Of a stretch of DNA of 64,000 nucleotides, positions 41,934 to 52,228 are shown piece after piece (positions within the stretch are counted from its first letter, which is position 1; each line of letters opens with the position of its first letter). A program made the translations under genes and the position numbers. The stretch is from Bdellovibrionales bacterium (GTDB lineage Bacteria; Bdellovibrionota; Bdellovibrionia; Bdellovibrionales; JAUICD01), in contig OZ241865.1 of NCBI GenBank assembly GCA_965203275.1, positions 1,280,001 through 1,344,000 of the forward strand, read 5' to 3'. The notes beneath the pieces are model-generated. The model saw nothing but the letters and a program-made list of their open reading frames with translations, was not told where the DNA came from and did no database searches.

Positions 41934-43406
41934 TTATACTTTCACTTCTAAAGACTTTCCTGAAAGGAGTGTGGCAGCATCCACTCCAGAAAGGGCTTGT
42001 GAAACAAACAAAGGGCCTCTTTGGATATGTTGCACAACACCTGCTTGATTGATAAAAGTACCTGATTTTTCTACGAAAGACCTTAAAGGCACTTGCCACT
42101 GAAAGTCTTCAAAAAGATTATTCTTTGTTGGAGCAAACCATGCCACATTTTGAGCTTTTGAGAACAACTTAACTTTGTCTTTTAGATCAGGATAAACGGC
42201 TTGATTTTCTGGTCCTAGAACCACCAAATAATCTAAACCTGCTTTTAATGCATTTTCTAAATCAACCCATTTTGTTTTGATTTTAAAGTTTTTAAGGACT
42301 TCTTGTAGTCCTTGGGTGTTGGGATTTTTATCCCCTCTAATCAAAAGTCCATCAAAGTCATCAAGGGTTTCAGGGTTATTGATCCAATGAAATATTTGAG
42401 TGCTATTAAAGTTTTCTATAAAGGTTTTAACAAAGGCATTATATTCTTCCGTTGTGTACTGCCCTGTTAAAACCAAGGCTATTTTATCAGATTTGAGGGC
42501 TTTGAGTTCCTTACCAATTTCTATGGCAGCTTGACCAGGAGGAAGTGTAGCAAGCTCTTTGTTGGTTTTGTGATAACCTTGTGTGATACGATGTTCAAGG
42601 TTGACAAATTTATACACGTCACGTCCCTCATCACACATCCAATGCCCATTGACTTTTTCATTGTAAAGGGGGGTGACTCGATAAAGGCCATTTTCGTTAA
42701 AGTAAATTTTAATGTTACAACCAGTGGAGCAACCCTGGCAGACTGTATTGAAGTTTTTTAAAAACCAAACTCGTTGTTGAAAGCGAAAATCCTTAGAGGT
42801 CAAAGCTCCTACAGGGCAAATATCCACTACATTTAATGAATATTGGTTATTGAGAGGCTTGTCTTGAAATGTACCAATTTCACTATGGTCTCCTCTGTTG
42901 AAAATACCTAGTTCATGTGTTTGAGAAACTTCATCAGTAAAGCGAACACAACGAGAACATAAAATGCATCTTTCTGTATCTAAGACAACTTGAGGACCTA
43001 GATCAACGACTTTACGTTTTTTGACTTTTCGCTCTGCCATTTGAGAGTCATAATTGCCATGAGCCATAAAGTATTCTTGCAATCCACATTCACCAGCTTG
43101 ATCGCAAATAGGACAATCAAGAGGATGATTGATCAAGTGAAACTCTAAACCCCATTTAACAGCTTCTTTGACTTTTTCAGAATTATTAGAAACCACCATA
43201 CCATCTTGTACAGGGATATTGCAGGCAATTTCTAATTTAGGACGGCCTTCAATCTCCACAAGGCACATACGGCACACACCAGCGACACTAAGGCCCGGAT
43301 GCCAACAGTAGTGGGCTATGTCGGTGGACGTCTGCATAAAGGCTTCAATGAGTTTGGAACCCTCTTTAAGTTGACATGTTTTACCATTAACTGTCAGCTT
43401 GGGCAT
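41934..43406 (-). CDS. nuoG: NADH:quinone oxidoreductase subunit G (short form)
   Basis: CRMC, HPLDCPICDQAGEC, CILCSRC, CPVGAL. Confidence 0.93.
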   Translation of the reverse strand: MPKLTVNGKTCQLKEGSKLIEAFMQTSTDIAHYCWHPGLSVAGVCRMCLVEIEGRPKLEIACNIPVQDGMVVSNNSEKVKEAVKWGLEFHLINHPLDCPICDQAGECGLQEYFMAHGNYDSQMAERKVKKRKVVDLGPQVVLDTERCILCSRCVRFTDEVSQTHELGIFNRGDHSEIGTFQDKPLNNQYSLNVVDICPVGALTSKDFRFQQRVWFLKNFNTVCQGCSTGCNIKIYFNENGLYRVTPLYNEKVNGHWMCDEGRDVYKFVNLEHRITQGYHKTNKELATLPPGQAAIEIGKELKALKSDKIALVLTGQYTTEEYNAFVKTFIENFNSTQIFHWINNPETLDDFDGLLIRGDKNPNTQGLQEVLKNFKIKTKWVDLENALKAGLDYLVVLGPENQAVYPDLKDKVKLFSKAQNVAWFAPTKNNLFEDFQWQVPLRSFVEKSGTFINQAGVVQHIQRGPLFVSQALSGVDAATLLSGKSLEVKV

Positions 43407-43427
43407 ATTCTATCCTTTTTTTAAAAG

Positions 43428-43958
43428 TCAGGTTTTTATATTTAATGGATCCATACGCTCGCTTAAAAATTCTTTCAAAACAACTTCAAACTTATTTATT
43501 GGTTGCAATTCAGAAATACATTTTGTAAGTTTGAATGAAGCATTTGCTCCTTTTTCCATAGAAACCAATTTTCCAACTTTTTCAGTAGCTATGTCTGCCT
43601 TAGAGTATATATTGAAATAAATATTATTGGGAGCTATTCCAATACAAATCACAGCATCATAACTTCTATGATGTCTAATGTGGTTGAATTGAAATTTGCC
43701 ATGGGTGTCTTCTGTAGCTGTTTTTATTTCAATTCTGCTTTTTGTAATTTCAATATCCCAAGACGTTTGTTGTGTTGGTATATTAAAATTGAGATTTAAG
43801 TTTTCTAAAATCTTACGTACAAATTTTTCTCCAACTGTTCCAACGGCCCTATTATTTATTAACTTAATCTTTCTAAAATGACACTGATCCCATTTCTTCT
43901 GGTTATTTTCTTTGTCTAAAATATGTTGAAGTATTTTGTTATAATTCATTACTATCAC
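43428..43958 (-). CDS. Putative restriction endonuclease (PD-(D/E)XK)
   Basis: GEKFV..WDI..IEIKTA; overlaps the methyltransferase gene. Confidence 0.6.
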   Translation of the reverse strand: MIVMNYNKILQHILDKENNQKKWDQCHFRKIKLINNRAVGTVGEKFVRKILENLNLNFNIPTQQTSWDIEITKSRIEIKTATEDTHGKFQFNHIRHHRSYDAVICIGIAPNNIYFNIYSKADIATEKVGKLVSMEKGANASFKLTKCISELQPINKFEVVLKEFLSERMDPLNIKT

Positions 43959-44892
43959 ACAGCCTTTTTTGTATATGAAATATACTTATATGATGACAAT
44001 TATGAGTTGTTAAATTGCTATATTTTATCCAATTTGTATTTTCAATAATTCTTTTTATTTTTGCCTTATCCCTTTTTATAATAAAACCATAACCGCAAGT
44101 ATATTTGACTTTAGAAAAACAATGCACAATAGAAGGTGGGACATCATAAAATGTTCTTTGTAGAAAAAAATCAGCCTTTTTCATTTTTGTTTGACCACAA
44201 AGTCTTTCTTTTCTGTTATCAACAGTAAATATATCGACAAATGTAGAGAGGTCTTTTAATTTGACCTTTTGGTTTTCTCCTTTTTTCCAAATTTGCCATA
44301 ATGTGTTCATTTTCATCGTCTGTCCTTGAGCATTTGCAAAAGAACCCATGGGTAGTTTTTCAGAATGTATTAATTGCATTTCTTTTATTCTTAACTTAGG
44401 AGAACCTCTGACCTCACTTTGAAAAGACATAGGAAGGATAAACCCAACATAATCTGAGAATATAGCACAATGATTTAAAAACTTTATAGCAAGCCATGCA
44501 CGGTAACCAAACGGTGGATTTCCGATACATATATATTTTTCACCTTGAGGTTGCCATGACAAAAAATCTTGCTTTATAACCCCTTCTGCTTTAGGGTCTA
44601 TGTCTAAGCCTATTCTTTTTTTAGGAAGTATTTTAAAAAAACTTCCGTTTCCTGCACTTGGTTCAATAAATGTGTATTCATCTAATTTTACATTTTTATT
44701 TTTTAAAATTGTAATGAAAGAGGCAAGACAATATCTTGCTATTTTAGGTTTTGTATAAAATTGATCTAAATCAAAATTTTTTAAAGCCCATGTAGGAATG
44801 ATTTTTCTCTTTTTCCAAGAAATTAAAAGATTTCTCTCTTTTAAAGAATGATAATTATTTAAAATATAGGAATCAAATCCATCCATTTTCAA
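43939..44892 (-). CDS. Amino-DNA methyltransferase
   Basis: DQFYT, IEPSAGNG, GNPPFG motifs. Confidence 0.85.
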   Translation of the reverse strand: MKMDGFDSYILNNYHSLKERNLLISWKKRKIIPTWALKNFDLDQFYTKPKIARYCLASFITILKNKNVKLDEYTFIEPSAGNGSFFKILPKKRIGLDIDPKAEGVIKQDFLSWQPQGEKYICIGNPPFGYRAWLAIKFLNHCAIFSDYVGFILPMSFQSEVRGSPKLRIKEMQLIHSEKLPMGSFANAQGQTMKMNTLWQIWKKGENQKVKLKDLSTFVDIFTVDNRKERLCGQTKMKKADFFLQRTFYDVPPSIVHCFSKVKYTCGYGFIIKRDKAKIKRIIENTNWIKYSNLTTHNCHHISIFHIQKRLCDSNEL

Positions 44893-44965
44893 AAGGTCTT
44901 CCCCCTAACTCAAATGTCTATCAATCTACATAATTTAAAAACAAATCCAAATATCCTTTTAGGAT

Positions 44966-45385
44966 TTAGTTACTTTTAAAGATATTTAATACTATAGCCC
45001 TACCAAATGTAAGAAGACTTGCAACCATGCTACCTAAAATGGCTATAAATTCATATTCTTTAAAAAAGAACTTCCCATCACCAAGAAAATTCATATATCC
45101 CTGCAAGAAGATACAAACCAAAGCAACAACTATCCATCCAATGCTTACGTAATAAAACAAATCTGCATATTTTTTATTATAATTTCTACTAGATTCTGAT
45201 GTTTTGATCTGTTCTTCTATTGTTTTTAGTTTAAGCTCATCGAGCTTTCTTTTCATTTCAAAGGAATGCCCCCTATATTTATTGATTTGAGTTTGTGTTT
45301 TTATTGCTTCTAAGGATTCTTCTTTCTCTTCTTGAGACATCCTATCGAGAATGGTTTTATCTATGTTTGACATTGAATCTCTCAT
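44966..45385 (-). CDS. Two-TM protein, candidate toxin partner of the Panacea antitoxin
   Basis: Overlaps the upstream gene by 4 nt; two C-terminal TM helices. Confidence 0.55.
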   Translation of the reverse strand: MRDSMSNIDKTILDRMSQEEKEESLEAIKTQTQINKYRGHSFEMKRKLDELKLKTIEEQIKTSESSRNYNKKYADLFYYVSIGWIVVALVCIFLQGYMNFLGDGKFFFKEYEFIAILGSMVASLLTFGRAIVLNIFKSN

Positions 45386-45885
45386 TCAGCTTGTTTTTTG
45401 AATTTTAAATAATACGTCTTGATCATTTCATTATCTATTGACATACCTTCAATTTCATTGCTTTTTTCTATTGTTTGAGACCAAGGACTTCCTTCAACAT
45501 GAGTTAAAGCTGATAATTCCCACGCTGCCATATTACCGTATTTGTTTAAAATAAAGTCCATGATAGCCATTTCATTTTCTGTAAAATCAGATTGACACTC
45601 TCTTAAATTTTCACCCATATCATCAAATTCTCTCGCTTTTTGGCTTTTTGTAATCTGACTTAATTTTTTAAACTCGTGGTATATGGAAGGGAAAACAGGA
45701 CCATATTTCCAAGCCAAGGCATATTCATTAACTAAAGGTTGATTTGTAATGGCTAAAGTGTACCCATGAGCTATATACACAAGCTTAATTAGCTTTGTAC
45801 AAGTCAATCTATCATCACTTTGTTCAATAAAATAATTTGCCACAGCTAAGGGATTATGTCCTTTGTCCATCTTTTCTCCTCTCAT
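45382..45885 (-). CDS. Panacea (DUF4065/SocA-like) antitoxin
   Basis: VANYFI..KLIKLVYIAHG..AWKYGPV..LSALTH..SPW. Confidence 0.9.
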   Translation of the reverse strand: MRGEKMDKGHNPLAVANYFIEQSDDRLTCTKLIKLVYIAHGYTLAITNQPLVNEYALAWKYGPVFPSIYHEFKKLSQITKSQKAREFDDMGENLRECQSDFTENEMAIMDFILNKYGNMAAWELSALTHVEGSPWSQTIEKSNEIEGMSIDNEMIKTYYLKFKKQAE

Positions 45886-46027
45886 ATAAATATATCATTT
45901 AAGTCTATAAATTTGAAGTTTATTGTTCGGATAAGGTTCAACAAATATTACTTTTTTATACCTGTGTCAATAATATACCTTGTGCAGTTATGGCATGGTA
46001 GAGTGTAGTGCAGTAAATAGTCCTCTA

Positions 46028-47293
46028 TTATTTGATCACTTTTGATCGGCCTTCCTTAATAAAGAATTCAAATTCATCTCTAAATTTTGTAATAAAACCA
46101 ATGGTGGGCATAGCAGCAGCATCAGACAAGGCACATATAGTCCGTCCTTGCATATTATTAGAAATCCTCTCTAATAAATCAATATCTTGTAATCGACCTC
46201 TGCCTTCCATAATCCCTTGAACAATTTTTTCTGTCCATCCTGTGCCTTCCCTACAAGGCGTACATTGGCCACAAGATTCATGGTGATAAAAATGCAATGT
46301 GATCTTAAGCATATCCACCATACATCGCGTTTCATCTAAAATGATCACAGCCCCAGAACCTAACATCGACCCCATCTCTGCTAAACACTCATAATCCATT
46401 GTAGCTTTTTGGCATTCAGCATAAGTCAGAATAGGAGCAGAACTTCCTCCCGGAATACAACCTTTAAGTTTATGACCATCTCTCATCCCTTGGCATTCCT
46501 TCTCGATCAAATCCATTAAAGGATAACCTAATGGCACTTCATAGTTACCAGGCCTGACCACATCACCACTGACAGAAAATAACTTAGTACCAGATGACTT
46601 TTCTGTTCCATACTTACGGTAACCCTTAGCCCCTATCTTTAAAATATACACCACAGTAGCTAGAGTCTCTACATTATTGACAATAGTGGGCTTACCTAAA
46701 TACCCTTCTACAGCAGGAAAGGGAGGTTTTAACTTTGGTTGGCCTTTTTTGCCTTCAAGAGAAGAAATCATCCCTGTCTCTTCCCCACAAATATATGCAC
46801 CTGCTCCTCGATACACATCTAAATCAAAATGAAATTTACTGCCTAAAATATTACGACCCAACAAATTAGCTTTGTAAGCTTCAGAAATAGCCTTCATCAA
46901 AATATTGTAGGCGTCTGAATATTCCCCCCGAATATAAATATATCCTTTATGAGAAGATATGGCATAAGCAGAAATAAGCATCCCTTCTATCAATTGATGA
47001 GGAGCCTTTTCCATCATTAAGCGATCTTTAAAAGTCCCCGGCTCCCCTTCATCTGCATTGCACAGTAAATAACGAGGTTCAGAGTTTTTAGGTAAGAAAC
47101 TCCACTTTAACCCCGTAGGAAAACCAGCTCCACCTCTTCCTCGGAGGCCTGATTGCTTGACCTCCTCTATAATAGATTGAGGTTTCATTGTAAAGGCTTT
47201 GTTCAACATCTCATAACCACCATGTTTTTGATAGCCTTTGAGTGTTTGAAATTCCTTTTTATCGTAATGTTCTGTCAACAGTGGCTTTTTCAT
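46028..47293 (-). CDS. nuoF: NADH:quinone oxidoreductase subunit F
   Basis: [30 protein letters not shown]. Confidence 0.97.
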   Translation of the reverse strand: MKKPLLTEHYDKKEFQTLKGYQKHGGYEMLNKAFTMKPQSIIEEVKQSGLRGRGGAGFPTGLKWSFLPKNSEPRYLLCNADEGEPGTFKDRLMMEKAPHQLIEGMLISAYAISSHKGYIYIRGEYSDAYNILMKAISEAYKANLLGRNILGSKFHFDLDVYRGAGAYICGEETGMISSLEGKKGQPKLKPPFPAVEGYLGKPTIVNNVETLATVVYILKIGAKGYRKYGTEKSSGTKLFSVSGDVVRPGNYEVPLGYPLMDLIEKECQGMRDGHKLKGCIPGGSSAPILTYAECQKATMDYECLAEMGSMLGSGAVIILDETRCMVDMLKITLHFYHHESCGQCTPCREGTGWTEKIVQGIMEGRGRLQDIDLLERISNNMQGRTICALSDAAAMPTIGFITKFRDEFEFFIKEGRSKVIK

Positions 47294-47295
47294 TT

Positions 47296-47793
47296 TTATT
47301 TCAGTGATTTTAAAAGTTTATTCATTTTGTCTTTATTTATTCTATCGTAGTATTTATCATTGATTTGCACAGCAGGAGCTTGATCACAAGAGCCTAAACA
47401 TTCAACCCTCGTAATTGTAAAACGTCCATCTTTAGCCATTTCACCTTCTTTGACTTTTAACTGTTTGCAAGTGTATTTGAGCAATTCTCTGGCTTGGAAC
47501 ATGCAACAAGTAAGGTTGCAACAAATTTGTATATGGTATTTGCCAACTGGCTTTTTATTAAACATGGTGTAAAAGTGTAGAACCTCATTGATATGAGCTT
47601 CTGGAATCTCCATAAATGCACTCAAGCTACTGACAGTGTCTGGACTAATCCAGCCATCTTCTTTCTGAACTCGGTAGAGAACAGGCAATATAGCAGAACG
47701 TTTATCTTCATACCTTGTCAGTTCCTTTTTGATAAAGGTTTTGGCTTGTGCAGAGAGTTTATAATTTGTTGATTTTTGAGATTGACGTTTCAA
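47296..47793 (-). CDS. nuoE: NADH:quinone oxidoreductase subunit E
   Basis: FYTMF, CxxxxC, ECLGSC; start position uncertain. Confidence 0.93.
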   Translation of the reverse strand: MKRQSQKSTNYKLSAQAKTFIKKELTRYEDKRSAILPVLYRVQKEDGWISPDTVSSLSAFMEIPEAHINEVLHFYTMFNKKPVGKYHIQICCNLTCCMFQARELLKYTCKQLKVKEGEMAKDGRFTITRVECLGSCDQAPAVQINDKYYDRINKDKMNKLLKSLK

Positions 47794-48393
47794 AATAAAC
47801 TAAGTCCTCATTTAAAATGCCATTTTGGATTTCTCCCGAAGCTGTAAAAAATAACCTGCCATATTGGCCCTTATCTTTTACTTTAAGCCGGGTACTATTT
47901 CTGTAAAAACATCAGGTGAGTACAAGAAATAATCTCATAATACTTGAAATTAAAAGTGATTAGAGCAACATAACTACCAGTTAAAATCTTACTATTTTGA
48001 ATTTCTTGTTCCCCTTTTTTACTAAATTACTAACACCTGTGTCAAAAAGTTTAAAAGCATCTAATGGCACAGTGTGCTATCATTTAACTTTACTTAGAAC
48101 AAATTCATAAGTCTATATTTGTTTTTCCCGGTACTCTTAAAAAACATTACCGAAAAATAAACCTTTTTAAATGTATAAGGTTTTATCTCAATAGTTTTTG
48201 TCAATTATTGTCAATTATTTAAATACATCTTAAAATTGCAGAACCATTGAAAGACTGTAAGTGCAGAAAAACCATACCTAAGTTCGACAATGAATTTTAT
48301 TTTTAAACAGAGTAACTGATGTCATTTGATAAGGCTTTGATATTCATCAAAATGATGTTATTATAATAATAAACTAACCATAGGACTTGATCT

Positions 48394-49152
48394 ATGAGAC
48401 AGGTACCGCTAAAAACACCAAAAGACACATCTTATTTAAAAGCTTTTTCTTGCTATGGACTTGTGGGTTCAGGCAAACTAGCTAAGCATTTTGCTCATTA
48501 TTTAAAATTACTCAACCTGCCATTTAAAACTTGGTCTCGCCGTAACAAAACCTTTATCAACAAAGCCCTTAAAGATTGTTCTCACGTACTCATTCTGATC
48601 AAAGACTCTGAAATTCACCCCTTCCTTCAAAACCATCAAAGCTTACTCCATAACAAAATATGCTTACATTGTTCAGGTGCTATTTTCACACCTCTTGCCA
48701 TTGGAGTTCATCCTTTAATGACCTTCAGTCAAAAGCTCTATGACTTAAAAGTTTATAAACAAATGCATTTTGTTATGGATCACCCATCCCCGTTTAGAAC
48801 AATCTTACCTGGATTACCTAACTCCCACAGCATTATTGATCCTGCACAAAAGGCTAAATATCATGCTCTCTGTGTGATAGCAGGTCATTTTTCTTCTTTG
48901 CTCTGGCAAATATTTTTCCATCAAATGACAAAACATTTTGGTATTTCTAAATCACAAGCTTTGGTTTATTTCAATCAAGTTTTTGCTAATATTTCTCACT
49001 TAGATCACCACTTTACAGGTCCTTTGCAACGCAAAGACTATCAAACTGTCAAGCTCAACCTGCAAGCATTAAAAAATGAGCCGTTACTTTATGAAACTTA
49101 TCAAACATTTATTAAATTAAACAGCATAGAAAATTTTCAAGGAGGGGTATGA
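48394..49152 (+). CDS. Rossmann-like/DUF2520 protein, probable alternative ketopantoate reductase (PanG-like)
   Basis: GSGKLA, HCSGA, HPLMTF, TGPLQR; first gene of the panB-panC operon. Confidence 0.75.
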   Translation: MRQVPLKTPKDTSYLKAFSCYGLVGSGKLAKHFAHYLKLLNLPFKTWSRRNKTFINKALKDCSHVLILIKDSEIHPFLQNHQSLLHNKICLHCSGAIFTPLAIGVHPLMTFSQKLYDLKVYKQMHFVMDHPSPFRTILPGLPNSHSIIDPAQKAKYHALCVIAGHFSSLLWQIFFHQMTKHFGISKSQALVYFNQVFANISHLDHHFTGPLQRKDYQTVKLNLQALKNEPLLYETYQTFIKLNSIENFQGGV

Positions 49153-49937
49153 GTCCGCTCACTTTTAAAGACAAAAAAAACAAAAAACAAAAAATCTCCA
49201 TGATCTCTTGTTATGATACATGGAGTGCAAAAATTCTCTCTAAGACAAACATAGATATTCTGCTTGTGGGGGATAGTTTAGCCATGGTCATTTATGGCCA
49301 TGATTCCACTCTACCTGCGGATGTATCTACAATGGTTTTACATACTCAAGCCGTTAAAAAAGGAGCAAATAAAAAATTTATAATAGCAGATATGCCCTTT
49401 ATGGGTGTGCATAAAGGCTTATATCGATCCATGCAGAATATAGAAAGACTTATAAAAGCAGGGGCTAATGCTGTTAAAATAGAAGGTTGCTTTGGCATTG
49501 AGCTTGTTATTCAAAAAGCTGTGCAAGCTGGTGTACCTGTCATGGGACATCTAGGACTCACTCCGCAGTTTATTAATCAAATAGGTGGCTTTAAAGTTCA
49601 AGGGACAACATTGACTGAAAGAGAAAGCATTATAGAACAAGCCAAACAGCTTGAAAATTTAGGATGCTTTGCTGTGGTGTTAGAATGTGTACCTGCTTCT
49701 TTAGCAAAAACAGTAACTTCTTTATTGAAGATTCCTACTATTGGCATTGGAGCGGGTGGGGATGTCGATGGCCAAGTGCTTGTTCTACATGACCTTTTAG
49801 GAGTAAACAAAGACTTTGTACCCCAATATTTAAGAACTTATATGAAGGGACACGATTTAATCCTTCAAGCTGTTGCTCAATTTGACCAGGATGTTAAAAA
49901 TAAAAAATATCCTGATCATAATGAAAAATACGAATAA
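49149..49937 (+). CDS. panB: 3-methyl-2-oxobutanoate hydroxymethyltransferase
   Basis: LVGDSL, ADMPF, GHLGLTPQ. Confidence 0.96.
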   Translation: MSPLTFKDKKNKKQKISMISCYDTWSAKILSKTNIDILLVGDSLAMVIYGHDSTLPADVSTMVLHTQAVKKGANKKFIIADMPFMGVHKGLYRSMQNIERLIKAGANAVKIEGCFGIELVIQKAVQAGVPVMGHLGLTPQFINQIGGFKVQGTTLTERESIIEQAKQLENLGCFAVVLECVPASLAKTVTSLLKIPTIGIGAGGDVDGQVLVLHDLLGVNKDFVPQYLRTYMKGHDLILQAVAQFDQDVKNKKYPDHNEKYE

Positions 49938-49953
49938 AGAGAAATGGTTTGTG

Positions 49954-50712
49954 ATGAAAGTTTTAAAAACACCTCTTGAGGTCACCCATTGGAAAAACTC
50001 ACTTTCTCAATGTCGTTTGGGCTTTGTTCCCACAATGGGAGGGATACATGAGGGTCATCTTTCTCTAGTAAAACAATCATTATCAGAAAATACACATACT
50101 CTTGTGAGCATTTTTCTTAACCCGAAGCAATTTAATAATAAGGTAGACCTTAAAACATATCCTCAAAATATTTCATTAGATATTCAAAAATTAAAAGAGC
50201 TTAACGTGGATGCTGTTTTGACTCCTACTCAAAGAGATATTTACCCTGATCATGACAAATACACTGTGACAGAAGCACCTTTAAGTCAAACACTTTGCGG
50301 ACAATCTAGGAAAGGTCATTTTGATGGTGTACTCACTGTAGTTTTAAAATTATTTCTTATAGTGCAACCTCATCAAGCTTACTTTGGTCAAAAAGACTAC
50401 CAACAATTAGAGTTGGTACAAGGATTGGTCCAGTCGTTTTTTTTAAATATAAAAATTATTGCTTGTCCTACAGTGCGAGAGGCATCAGGACTTGCTTTGA
50501 GTTCCCGCAATGAACTTTTATCTTCAGCAGGTAGACAGCACGCAAGTAAGTTTTTTCAAATTTTAAAATCAGCACCTACAGTGCAGTTAGCTAAAGACCA
50601 GCTTCAAGAACAAAACTTTAAGGTAGATTATGTGGAAGAAAAAGCTGGTCGAAGATATGGTGCTGTGTTTTATGAAAATGTCAGGCTCATTGATAATTGT
50701 TCCATTATTTGA
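49954..50712 (+). CDS. panC: Pantoate-beta-alanine ligase
   Basis: VPTMGGIHEGH, FGQKDYQQ, GLALSSRN. Confidence 0.96.
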   Translation: MKVLKTPLEVTHWKNSLSQCRLGFVPTMGGIHEGHLSLVKQSLSENTHTLVSIFLNPKQFNNKVDLKTYPQNISLDIQKLKELNVDAVLTPTQRDIYPDHDKYTVTEAPLSQTLCGQSRKGHFDGVLTVVLKLFLIVQPHQAYFGQKDYQQLELVQGLVQSFFLNIKIIACPTVREASGLALSSRNELLSSAGRQHASKFFQILKSAPTVQLAKDQLQEQNFKVDYVEEKAGRRYGAVFYENVRLIDNCSII

Positions 50713-50764
50713 TTTTGATCACTATTAGTGTCAATATCTCTCAACGTGCAGTTGAGGTTTTAAG

Positions 50765-51721
50765 ATGCCATCAAATATATTTTTAGAAAGTGGGATTCTT
50801 TTGATCAACAAGCCTGGCGGTATGACAAGCCATGACGTTGTTGAAAAAGTGCGTCAAATATTAGGTACTAAAAAAGTAGGGCATTCAGGGACTTTGGATC
50901 CTTTGGCTTCTGGTCTGATGATTTTGTTAATTAATCAAGGGACTAAGTTGTCTTCTTATTTGCTCAATGCTCATAAAACATATAGGGTTTTTGTTAAGTT
51001 AGGTATACGAACTGATACATGGGATCAGGATGGACGGACCATTACAGAGCAGAAAACAGAGCATTTATCTTGTGAAAAAATCAAACAAGTAATAGAAAAA
51101 CACACAGGGGTATTATCTTTAAGAGTACCTGATTATTCGGCTGTGAAATTTCAAGGGAAAAAACTTTACGAGTATGCTAGACAACATACTCAAAATAAAA
51201 AAATTAAAGTACCAGAAATTTATAGAGATATGTCTTTCGACCAACTAGAAATTATAGAAATTCAACCTTCCTGCTTTAAAGCTTCTGTTAGGGCATCTAA
51301 AGGCTCTTTTATCCGCTCTTGGGCTAGTCACATTGGTGAAGAATTAGGTGTAGGAGCTGTTGTTTCTGCTATTGAAAGAATAACTTCTGAGCCTTACACT
51401 CTAAAACAAGCCATCAGTTTAGATACTTTGAAGGTCTGGCCTATAGAGCAGAGGCCAGGCTTTATTCCTTTAGAAGAAACTTTGCCTAATTGGCCTAGGT
51501 ATGTTGTACGTGGACGATGGGAAAAATATATTCTCAACGGAATATTGCCAGAAGAAATGCAATGGGATATAAAAAATAGACTTTCTCAAATTCAAGAAGA
51601 GCAGGGGATTAAAGTTTACAGTGCAACAAATAAGCATTTACTGGTTCTACTCAAATATAATTCTACAAAAAGTAGGGCAAAAATAGCTTGTGTTTTCAGT
51701 CAAAATGCTTTATCAAAATAA
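50765..51721 (+). CDS. truB: tRNA pseudouridine(55) synthase
   Basis: KPGGMTSHD, GHSGTLDPLASG. Confidence 0.95.
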   Translation: MPSNIFLESGILLINKPGGMTSHDVVEKVRQILGTKKVGHSGTLDPLASGLMILLINQGTKLSSYLLNAHKTYRVFVKLGIRTDTWDQDGRTITEQKTEHLSCEKIKQVIEKHTGVLSLRVPDYSAVKFQGKKLYEYARQHTQNKKIKVPEIYRDMSFDQLEIIEIQPSCFKASVRASKGSFIRSWASHIGEELGVGAVVSAIERITSEPYTLKQAISLDTLKVWPIEQRPGFIPLEETLPNWPRYVVRGRWEKYILNGILPEEMQWDIKNRLSQIQEEQGIKVYSATNKHLLVLLKYNSTKSRAKIACVFSQNALSK

Positions 51722-51776
51722 GGTTGATTAAAATATAGATTGATTTTAAACTTTTATGGTAAGGAGATCATTCATT

Positions 51777-52073
51777 ATGAAATTTCAAAAAGAAGAAAAA
51801 CTTAATATGATTAAAAAGTTTCAAGCAATGGGACATTCATCAAGCAACCCACCTAAAGTCTTAAACACAGGATGTTTAGAGGTTCAAATTGCTTTATGGA
51901 CACATTCCATTGTGCATCTGACCGAACACTTTAAAATTCACAAAAAAGACCACCACGGTCGTAGAGGTCTCATTCGTTTGGTCAATAAACGACGTAACTT
52001 GCTTTCTTATTTAAAAAGAAACAACTTTAAAAGATATAAAGCTTTGATTACTGAACTTAATATTCGCAAATGA
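51777..52073 (+). CDS. rpsO: 30S ribosomal protein S15
   Basis: [17 protein letters not shown]; truB-rpsO-pnp synteny. Confidence 0.95.
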   Translation: MKFQKEEKLNMIKKFQAMGHSSSNPPKVLNTGCLEVQIALWTHSIVHLTEHFKIHKKDHHGRRGLIRLVNKRRNLLSYLKRNNFKRYKALITELNIRK

Positions 52074-52228
52074 TTATTTCACTCAAAATACATCATTGAT
52101 TGACTCAAGATCAGCATTCATTATATCTACTTGTCTTTCGACCTTAGAATAAAATACTAGTAATTAGAAAATACAGTGTTAGAATAAAAAAGTCTGAGAA
52201 ATATAACAAAGGTTAAAAAGGAGTAAGG

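Noticed and set aside
47794..48393. 600-bp AT-rich gap between nuoE and the pan operon
   Set aside because: Probably divergent promoters; no ORF, RNA or repeat could be supported.
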